Source of the DNA: a virus
Strand: one strand, 5' to 3'
IMG/VR virus record: IMGVR_UViG_3300046710_000057
Location: 1-22,338 of that record
Length of the DNA stretch: 22,338 bases
Part shown: positions 15,520 through 22,338 of the stretch, piece after piece
Numbering within the stretch: the first letter of the stretch is position 1
Layout of the letters: the number at the start of each line of letters is the position of its first letter
Translations under genes and position numbers: made by a program
Notes under the pieces: generated by a model
Told to the model about the DNA's origin: nothing
Database searches by the model: none
What the model saw: only the letters and a program-made list of their open reading frames with translations

Positions 15520-17697
15520 TTATTCTGTTATTTGAGACCGGTCGCCATTCTTTCGCACTGTGATAGTTTTGTCGAATAACTCTTTGGCCTTCGCTTGATG
15601 ACACATCACAATGATCGTTGAGAACCTACTACTCAGTTTTCGTAGCAATTGGACTACCCTACGAGTCCCTTGCCAAGAGAGTCCGTCAAATGGTTCATCG
15701 AGAATCAGAAACTCTGCGTTGCAAGCTGCCTTTTCTCGAACAATGTCGCTGATGGGGAATCTGACGGCAAACTCTAATCTCTTACGTTCCCCACCTGAGT
15801 ATGATCTGATGTCTTTCGTCTTAGTCTTCTTGGTAATGAGAATCTTGAAGTCGTCAATCATCTTCTTCTCACCCTGGTAACTTGTGACGAACTCGATTCG
15901 CGTCGATTCTCCCCAAAGGTCTACCAAATAGTCATTGCCAAGGTCTGTAAGACGAGGAGTTATACCTTGTATGATCTTAGCTTTGACCCCATCTGGACCG
16001 AACATATACTCAAGGAACTGTTCGTGAACGATCTCATTCTTGAGTGCGTCAATCTCAGTTTGGACTACGTTCAGTTTACCTTTGGCTTCCTTGATCTCTT
16101 CAAGTTCGCGTGCTGTACCGCCACATTGTCGGTTAAGTTCGTCTAATCGAGCGTGTTCGTCTTCAAGGTCCAACTCATATTCTTCACGAGTCTTGTTGAG
16201 ATCGGTTCCTTTGTCAATGAGAGTTTGTTCAATCTTACCTTTTTCACCCTTGGCGACTTCGATTTGGCTACTAAGATCGTCCATCTCTGCATTGAGTTTA
16301 GGGTATCGCTCTTTCCACTCGCTGTCAAGAGTTTTTTCTTCATCTTGAAGCTGACTTATTAGAAGAACTGTCTCGGTGCGCTGTTGGAACAAGGCTTTTG
16401 CTTCAGCGAGGTCTGTTTGAGCCTCAGATAGATCACCGTCAGAAGGCTGTTCACCTAACGCTTCAGAAGCGGTAAGGCGTTCTTTCTGGATGTTGCCCAA
16501 CTGGATACCCAAACTATCAATTTCCTGCTCGTGTTGTTCGAGTAGCTGCCGCATCCCATCAATAGTCAGTTCACTGCCACAATAAGGACATTCGGCTGCA
16601 TCGTCTGCTATATCGTCTTCGAGGTGTCTTATCGTCTCTTTGCGCTTGGCGATCTCCGATTGTATTCGTTTCAACTCACTAGCACGAATTGCATCCTCTT
16701 TGCAATATTCGATGAATGCTTTTTGTTGTGCTTCGAGTCCAGCAATTTCTTCGTGCAAACGAACAATATCGTCAGAAGCTCTGTCAATACGCTCAAGTTT
16801 GAGCTTCTGTAGACTAAGATCGTTTGCAATCTTGGTCAAGATTCGGCCAGCATCGTTGTAGTCGTGGTCAAAAACGAATCGGAGTTTGGCATGTTGCTGT
16901 CGGAGACTTTCGATCTTACCATCGAGACCACGAATGGCTTCAAGGTGTCTCTCAATGACATCAAAGGTTGCTATCGACTCTTCCACTTGAAGGATAGCAG
17001 TCTTTCGTTCGGTAACTTGACCTTCGAGGTCTCGGAGTATTCTGCGTACTGAATCTTCGCTGCTTACTTGTTGTTGGAGTAAGTCATACTTACCGGTCTC
17101 TGTATGCAGTTGATCGTTCAACATCACCAAATGCCCTTTGGTGGCCTTCAGAGCGCCGTCTAGCACATCCAGACCAAGTATCTGGGTCAGTAGGTCTTTC
17201 CTGGTTTTATCAGTACCCTCGATGAATACAGACACACCGTTCTGGGCGAACAGGACCGAGTTAGAGAACGTGTTGAAGTCCATGCCGATGATCGACTGAA
17301 TGATCTCTTTTGTTTCAGTCAACCCCTTACCGGAAACAGCAACCCATTCGTCTTTTTCTGTGTCCGCTTGATAGATTGCCCAAGTAGTCTTGTCACGCTT
17401 TCTATTACGCCGGTAAGTCGCTTGGTACAGACCACTTGGCGTCTCGAAGGTGAGTTCGGCGTAACCTTCATCAAGATCGTCGTTGACTACTTCGTCGTTT
17501 TTAGTACCACGAGTCGTTTCTTTGAACAAGCAAAGACAGATGGCATCAACGATGCTTGATTTGCCAGCGCCATTAGACTCGTCTGCGTTATCATCGACCT
17601 CACCTTCGATCAGAATGATACCTCGTTGATCGAGACTAATCGTAGATGGTTCGTAGTAACTAAACAACCCATCAATTTTGAGTTCAATCAATCTCAC
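15520..17697 (-). CDS. sbcC: Rad50/SbcC-like (gp46-like) SMC ATPase
   Basis: Walker A SNGAGKSS, Q-loop LFAQ, long coiled coil with zinc hook CPYCG, signature YSGGE, Walker B/D-loop LILDEPFDGL and H-switch MCH. Confidence 0.93.
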   Translation of the reverse strand: MRLIELKIDGLFSYYEPSTISLDQRGIILIEGEVDDNADESNGAGKSSIVDAICLCLFKETTRGTKNDEVVNDDLDEGYAELTFETPSGLYQATYRRNRKRDKTTWAIYQADTEKDEWVAVSGKGLTETKEIIQSIIGMDFNTFSNSVLFAQNGVSVFIEGTDKTRKDLLTQILGLDVLDGALKATKGHLVMLNDQLHTETGKYDLLQQQVSSEDSVRRILRDLEGQVTERKTAILQVEESIATFDVIERHLEAIRGLDGKIESLRQQHAKLRFVFDHDYNDAGRILTKIANDLSLQKLKLERIDRASDDIVRLHEEIAGLEAQQKAFIEYCKEDAIRASELKRIQSEIAKRKETIRHLEDDIADDAAECPYCGSELTIDGMRQLLEQHEQEIDSLGIQLGNIQKERLTASEALGEQPSDGDLSEAQTDLAEAKALFQQRTETVLLISQLQDEEKTLDSEWKERYPKLNAEMDDLSSQIEVAKGEKGKIEQTLIDKGTDLNKTREEYELDLEDEHARLDELNRQCGGTARELEEIKEAKGKLNVVQTEIDALKNEIVHEQFLEYMFGPDGVKAKIIQGITPRLTDLGNDYLVDLWGESTRIEFVTSYQGEKKMIDDFKILITKKTKTKDIRSYSGGERKRLEFAVRFPISDIVREKAACNAEFLILDEPFDGLSWQGTRRVVQLLRKLSSRFSTIIVMCHQAKAKELFDKTITVRKNGDRSQITE

Positions 17698-18902
17698 AGT
17701 AGCCGCTCTCCTGTTCTATGCACAAGAATGTCTTTGTCGAGGTGATCTGGTGCAAATAAGTCAATATAGTGGATGCAAGCCGCAGGGATATTATCTGCCG
17801 ACACAATCTCTGGTGAGATGTCTGGACATTCGTCGTCAATGGTTGTCATATCAATGGATACCTGGAATGCGCCCATATTGACCAAGCGTTCAGACATCTT
17901 GTATGTATCATACTGACCAAGTTCGAGCTTAGTTCCCTTGAACTTCAGCTTCACAAAACTGCCTTGTACTACCTCACTAGGCAATTCATCGAATCCTTCG
18001 CCATTGGTTATTGTGACGTAGTTTCGATCTGGGATTTCTTCCCATTGCCAATCTGATTCAGTGCCGTTAGCTCCACGCTTGACATCGACTATTGCTACTC
18101 GCCGATAGAGACGCGAGTCGTTATAGTCCTTGCTCACGAGTGAACCAGGATAGACGACGGAAGACAAAGTGTTATTGCTAATATTGGTCCAACATTGTGC
18201 CGCATGGACGTGTCCTAAAGCACTATAGATCAATTTTGGGTGTCGAAATATCTCGTCGTCCTTGGAGATACCACCTTGCAGTCTGATCTCATCATTTCCA
18301 AAGACTGCTTCGGTAATCTGAAGATGTCCTACGAGAACAAAGTACTCACAGTATCCTTCATTCTCCTCGTATGTCTTCAGAATCCACTCGCGCATAGCTG
18401 TAACGTCGTCCATATAAGGAACACATATGAATCCGCCCATTCCTTCAAGAGTATCGTCGTCGTCACATTCGACGTACATCACTGGCTCGTGAGCAAAATG
18501 ATATGTTGGCCTGGGTATTCTGAGAGTGGTGATACCGTTAGACAGTTTGACGAATCCTGTTGCCAAATAAGTGCTGTCAGTTGCCAAGGCTGAAGCTCGA
18601 ATACCGACGTTAGGTTTGTCATGGTTGCCGTCTATGTCGATGATGAACTTCAAGTTGGTTTCTGTTTCAAGGCTTCTAAGCCATCTACTCCACTCGCGGC
18701 GAAGCGTTGAGTTGGGATTAGGCGTCTCGAACGTATCTCCTGCGATTATAAGCCCATCAACCGAGTGCTTTACGCATAGGGATTTGATGTAATCGAGCGC
18801 AACAAATAGGTCGTTCTCTCTCTCGCGTAGGCCGTTTGGCATCACTTTGCCAATAGCAGGTAGACCGCCGATATGCAGGTCGGCAGTGTGAAGAAGTTTC
18901 AT
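17694..18902 (-). CDS. sbcD: Mre11/SbcD-like (gp47-like) nuclease
   Basis: LLHTADLHIG, IAGDTF, DGNHD, VGH, ALGHVH and YPGSL. Start moved to ATG 18902 (GGAG RBS, ATGA overlap with the HNH stop). GTGA overlap with sbcC. Confidence 0.92.
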   Translation of the reverse strand: MKLLHTADLHIGGLPAIGKVMPNGLRERENDLFVALDYIKSLCVKHSVDGLIIAGDTFETPNPNSTLRREWSRWLRSLETETNLKFIIDIDGNHDKPNVGIRASALATDSTYLATGFVKLSNGITTLRIPRPTYHFAHEPVMYVECDDDDTLEGMGGFICVPYMDDVTAMREWILKTYEENEGYCEYFVLVGHLQITEAVFGNDEIRLQGGISKDDEIFRHPKLIYSALGHVHAAQCWTNISNNTLSSVVYPGSLVSKDYNDSRLYRRVAIVDVKRGANGTESDWQWEEIPDRNYVTITNGEGFDELPSEVVQGSFVKLKFKGTKLELGQYDTYKMSERLVNMGAFQVSIDMTTIDDECPDISPEIVSADNIPAACIHYIDLFAPDHLDKDILVHRTGERLL

Positions 18903-19360
18903 ATGTGTCTCCATTTCTTGCCAGAAACGATGTAACTAATGTGTGGGCTTGTAACTCTATACTCGTCAGCTAATTGCTGTTGTTTGGGTCTAGGTTTTTC
19001 ATCTGCCCACCTTTGGCGAATCTCAATAACCTGAGATTCTGTTAGTTTATGATTTGGATGCCGCTCTCCTATTGTCTGTCTACCTTTGCTAACCATATCG
19101 TCTGCATTATCTCGTTGTGTCCCAGGAAATAAGTGTCTTGGGTTACAACAAGGTGGGTTATCGCAAGTATGAAGAACACCTTGTCCTTCTGGAATTGGGC
19201 CTATTCCAAGTTCATAAGCTACTCTACTTGACTTTAAGGTTACACCGTTTATATTGAACCGACCATAACCGTCCTTGCGGAGACTGGCTTGCCACTCCCA
19301 ACAATCGTCAGGACCACCGATCTTGACTTTGGACCAAAAACGCTCTTCTACTGTTGTCAT
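18899..19360 (-). mobile_element. Free-standing HNH homing endonuclease gene with C-terminal HTH
   Basis: RFWSKV..DDCWEW..GYGRF..SRVAY..VLHTCDNPPCCNPRHLFPGTQRDNADDM..GERHPNHKLTESQV..QQLADEYRV. Visibly more AT-rich than its neighbours. Confidence 0.88.
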
Positions 19361-19923
19361 TCTTTTTCGTCCGAGTCAGTGTACCAATGTGTATCTTCTA
19401 TTGACCACTTGCTAGGTTTGACTATCTCTTTGCGAGTAGCCGCAAGATGTGTCAGCGCGTCTGCTTCACGATTCTCTGTTCGTGGTACGTGAATAATGCG
19501 GAACCAGGTATACTGCTTTGCGAGATCGGTAACGACTCGCAATAAGGGAGTGAGAGTGTCTTTTCTGCACTCATATCCGGTATCAACCTTACCAAACACT
19601 TTGTACTCAATGTGTTTGATGCACAGTTCCGAGTCAGACCGAAGTTCTAGCTCGTCATATCCGAGAGTCAAAGCAATATGCAGTGCGGCTATGATCGCTT
19701 CGTACTCTGCTTGGTTTGAAGTCCCAAGTCCGACGTTGAATGCGTACTTGCGATTCAAGGAGGGAAACCAGACCCCAACACGAGCTTGGTCTAGCTTCCC
19801 TCCTCCCAAGTTGCGAGCGCCACCGTCTGTGTAACAGTGAATCATAGCGTGGCTGTTATCCTTTCTTTCGATTGGCCCTTCTGCTCGCTTTTGTTGTTTT
19901 GAGATGAGTTTTCTTTTTCTCAA
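19357..19923 (-). CDS. rnhA: Ribonuclease HI
   Basis: YTDGGARN, TSNQAEYEA, LRSDSEL and HVPRTENREADAL (D-E-D-D catalytic set). Start uncertain (TTG 19923 or ATG 19845). Confidence 0.88.
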   Translation of the reverse strand: MRKRKLISKQQKRAEGPIERKDNSHAMIHCYTDGGARNLGGGKLDQARVGVWFPSLNRKYAFNVGLGTSNQAEYEAIIAALHIALTLGYDELELRSDSELCIKHIEYKVFGKVDTGYECRKDTLTPLLRVVTDLAKQYTWFRIIHVPRTENREADALTHLAATRKEIVKPSKWSIEDTHWYTDSDEKE

Positions 19924-19952
19924 TCTCTTTGTCGGAATATGGTTTGCCGTGT

Positions 19953-21101
19953 CTACTCAACTTCTTCCTCAATTCCGAGTGTATCTTCGATGTCATATTC
20001 GCCGGTCGGTTCCTCAGCTTCGACATCGAGATCAATACCAGCAGTCATGGGGTCACTGATGATCTCATACGCCTTTTCGGTTATGAGATCAGTGATCTCA
20101 GCAGCGATCTCAGAACTTTCCATGAAGTCAGATCGTTGCCACTTGAGATCACCTTCGGTGAGGTTGTAATATGACTGAACCTGTTTGACTATTCCAAGCC
20201 TCTTGCCGGTAGTCATAAGGTTCCCAAATGTGTCGTAACCGACATCACTGACGAGAATCCCTTGAGCTTTTTGGTATGGGTTCTTGAGTTGGTTCTTGAC
20301 GGTGCAGTATTTCTGGATAAAGCCCTGACCCAAGAACGCACCAGATTTGATCTTGCTTGGATAGCAAGAAATCTTGGTAGTTACCCAATGCTCAAGGGCA
20401 TGTCCACCAGGAGTGACAACGCCACCGCCATATTTTCCAATCTTGTCTCGTATCTGATTGGTGAATATGACTGTACTTCCTGTTTCCATCATCACCGTAC
20501 TGGCTTTTCTGAAGGTCTGAGCCATCAGTTTGGCAATACCGCACATACCACCGCTGTCACCTACGTCAGCTTCTATTTCCTTTTCGGTGGTCAATCCGGC
20601 TACAGAGTCCATAAGGATAAGACCTGCACCTGCTGCGGTATACATAGCGAGAGCGTTTAGACTCTCTTCGGCGTTGGGTAAACGAACGTATCGACATCTG
20701 TTCAAATCCAACCCAAGCGTGCGATACCACTGTTCCCCAAATGTACGCCCTTCAGTTTCTATGAAGATGATTTCTTCATCTGGGTGCATTTGTTGGTACA
20801 TTGCGGCAATAGCAATAGCCAGTGTGGATTTGCCAGAAGAATATGGACCGTATATCTCAGTAGCGCGACCAACCGGAATACCGAATTGTTTCTTTTTGAT
20901 GTTGCCACCGAGAATGAGGTTCAGATCGAGGATTGGAGTTGGGATAAACTCAGTAGGGAAGTCAGTCGAGTCACTTAACGGTATGATGACTCCAGTGCTG
21001 TTTTTCAGCAGAGCAGCAGTTGCCTTCTGAATGTTCTTACGCCTCTCTTCAGGCGTCAGTTGGTGTTTGGTGTTGGTTATAGGTTTCTTCTTCTCTGTCA
21101 T
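19953..21101 (-). CDS. recA: RecA/UvsX-like recombinase
   Basis: GIPVGRATEIYGPYSSGKSTLA, IFIETE, ILMDSVAGL, IFTNQIRDKIG, TPGGHAL, VKN and an acidic C-terminal tail. AAGGAG RBS. Confidence 0.92.
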   Translation of the reverse strand: MTEKKKPITNTKHQLTPEERRKNIQKATAALLKNSTGVIIPLSDSTDFPTEFIPTPILDLNLILGGNIKKKQFGIPVGRATEIYGPYSSGKSTLAIAIAAMYQQMHPDEEIIFIETEGRTFGEQWYRTLGLDLNRCRYVRLPNAEESLNALAMYTAAGAGLILMDSVAGLTTEKEIEADVGDSGGMCGIAKLMAQTFRKASTVMMETGSTVIFTNQIRDKIGKYGGGVVTPGGHALEHWVTTKISCYPSKIKSGAFLGQGFIQKYCTVKNQLKNPYQKAQGILVSDVGYDTFGNLMTTGKRLGIVKQVQSYYNLTEGDLKWQRSDFMESSEIAAEITDLITEKAYEIISDPMTAGIDLDVEAEEPTGEYDIEDTLGIEEEVE

Positions 21102-21691
21102 TTGTACTCCTTCTTTCCTATCCCATTGATGATATAACCATCGTATGACATTGTTAGGAGTCTGCGCCGGAACTCATCTTTTTGCCAGCGTCTTTCCTCG
21201 TGGTAATTGTCTGATGCGTGCGTTGCGAACTGCAAGGCCGTATTGAGAGCAGTAGTACACCAATCTTCATGCGCGAGAGCATAAGCTGACATCATCAGAT
21301 TGATAACTGCCAACGCAGCATTCTGTTGTTTACCTCCTAATCCTTTGGCCTGTTCTTTTAATATACGCGATGCGCGACTACACTCGCTTGCTTTGGCTTG
21401 ACCGAGTATTCGGCGATTGATCAAATCAATAGCTTCCTGCCCTTTAGTCTCGTCAAATATAGATGCCACTCTGCTTACACAAGCAACTCCAACATCTAAT
21501 ACGAATATCCGCGATTCTTGATTCACTCGACAACACCACAGGAATTGTTCAACACCAAAGTTATCCAACACGTCAACGATAGGGATGTTTGTGTCGTTTC
21601 CATATTTCTGTATGCACCATTCGTGCATTTTTATTCCTGCGACACAAACATTCCAACGCTTCATTTCTCTAATCGAAGCGTAGAACATCAT
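21098..21691 (-). CDS. Phage hypothetical protein (helical, weakly Imm5-like); paralog of the 21688-22272 gene
   Basis: GAGG RBS and ATGA overlaps. FYASIREMKRWNVC..YG.D..I...D.L..F...ERRWQ..EFRRRLL. Confidence 0.65.
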   Translation of the reverse strand: MMFYASIREMKRWNVCVAGIKMHEWCIQKYGNDTNIPIVDVLDNFGVEQFLWCCRVNQESRIFVLDVGVACVSRVASIFDETKGQEAIDLINRRILGQAKASECSRASRILKEQAKGLGGKQQNAALAVINLMMSAYALAHEDWCTTALNTALQFATHASDNYHEERRWQKDEFRRRLLTMSYDGYIINGIGKKEYK

Positions 21692-22272
21692 TCTTCCTCT
21701 GGTTTATGCGCCAATAATGCTGCTCTGAGTGCTTCAGTCTGCCATTGAGCTTCCATAACCATATCGTCAGCGGCTTCACAAGCGTCTTCACACGCACCTA
21801 TAGCGTAGTCAACGCAGGTTGGAGCTACATGTAGTGCATAAGCCGAGAACGCCGCTCTAGCGCAAGCCATTCCAGCCTTTCGTGCTTTGTCGTCTTCAGG
21901 TAGCATGTGTTGCTTACAGAATGCTTCACATTCGCGGCCTACAGATTTGCACGACGTTGCATCTATGTCGCCAACAAGTCGAAGACCGGCTACTCGCAAT
22001 GAGTTCTCAGCCAAAGGACAGTCAGGAAATCGTTCCTGAAAGACCGGCAGTGCTCTAGCGGCAGCCGTAATCGCACACTTTACCGCAAACTGAGGACCGC
22101 CTTTGACGACACGAAGCCCAAACATAGCAATCGTTCCATCAAACGCTTCAAGCAGTTCGAGCATTGATATAGGGTCATCAGGGCCATATCGTGCGCTGAA
22201 ATGCTTGTCTACTTTAGGTCCATCACTGCAAACTCGGAACTTCTTAACCTCATTGATCGTTGCATAGAACAC
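21688..22272 (-). CDS. Phage hypothetical protein (helical, Ala/Cys-rich, weakly Imm5-like); paralog of the 21098-21691 gene
   Basis: GGAGGG RBS and GTG start. FYATINEVKKFRVC..YGPDDPI..LEAF..AARALPVFQERFPD..EAQWQTEALRAALL. Confidence 0.7.
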   Translation of the reverse strand: MFYATINEVKKFRVCSDGPKVDKHFSARYGPDDPISMLELLEAFDGTIAMFGLRVVKGGPQFAVKCAITAAARALPVFQERFPDCPLAENSLRVAGLRLVGDIDATSCKSVGRECEAFCKQHMLPEDDKARKAGMACARAAFSAYALHVAPTCVDYAIGACEDACEAADDMVMEAQWQTEALRAALLAHKPEEE

Positions 22273-22274
22273 AA

Positions 22275-22337
22275 TTACCCTCCAGTGCAGACAACTTCGT
22301 CGCCGTTAATTGTCTTCAGGCACTTACATTGTTCCAA
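22275..22337 (-). CDS. 3' end of an upstream gene truncated by the window edge
   Basis: Open frame LEQCKCLKTINGDEVVCTGG* ending 2 nt before the next GTG and containing its RBS. Confidence 0.45.
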   Translation of the reverse strand: MEQCKCLKTINGDEVVCTGG

Positions 22338-22338
22338 A

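Noticed and set aside
10563-21748. Plus-strand ORFs opposite the replication operon (e.g. 12200-12580, 13598-14008, 13764-14171, 20530-21030)
   Set aside because: They lie entirely antisense to conserved enzymes and are explained by codon bias.
1-22338. Stop-codon reassignment, CRISPR arrays, tRNAs, introns/inteins, DGR template repeats
   Set aside because: TAG, TGA and TAA all end genes with tight packing, intergenic gaps are under 60 nt, nrdJ and recA are uninterrupted, and no near-identical DNA repeats or reverse transcriptase were seen.

Overview
This is a gene-dense, standard-genetic-code segment of a large tailed dsDNA phage genome (or prophage) with two convergent arms. The + strand arm (1-9839) holds two paralogous virion proteins, a 1643-aa baseplate-hub/tail-tip-like protein with many inserted carbohydrate-binding modules (DNRLRE, CBM5/12, discoidin-like), a coiled-coil tail-associated protein and two holin-like membrane proteins. 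After a GAAA hairpin it ends with an NT5C-like HAD phosphatase and a calcineurin-like metallophosphoesterase. The - strand arm (22338-9814) is a tightly coupled DNA-metabolism operon: two paralogous hypothetical proteins, RecA/UvsX, RNase HI, a free-standing HNH endonuclease, Mre11/SbcD, Rad50/SbcC, a small Zn-finger protein, a divergent ThyX-like protein, class II ribonucleotide reductase and a small membrane protein. It ends with an HddA-like GHMP sugar kinase, RuvC and a GmhA-like sugar-phosphate isomerase. Two features stand out: (1) a phage-encoded heptose-type sugar-activation module coupled to a Holliday-junction resolvase inside the replication operon, a candidate precursor supply for an undescribed DNA or virion glycosylation system; (2) an apparently nested, Russian-doll arrangement of four CBM5/12 domains in the hub protein. 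All calls come from motif recognition by eye; no database searches were run.
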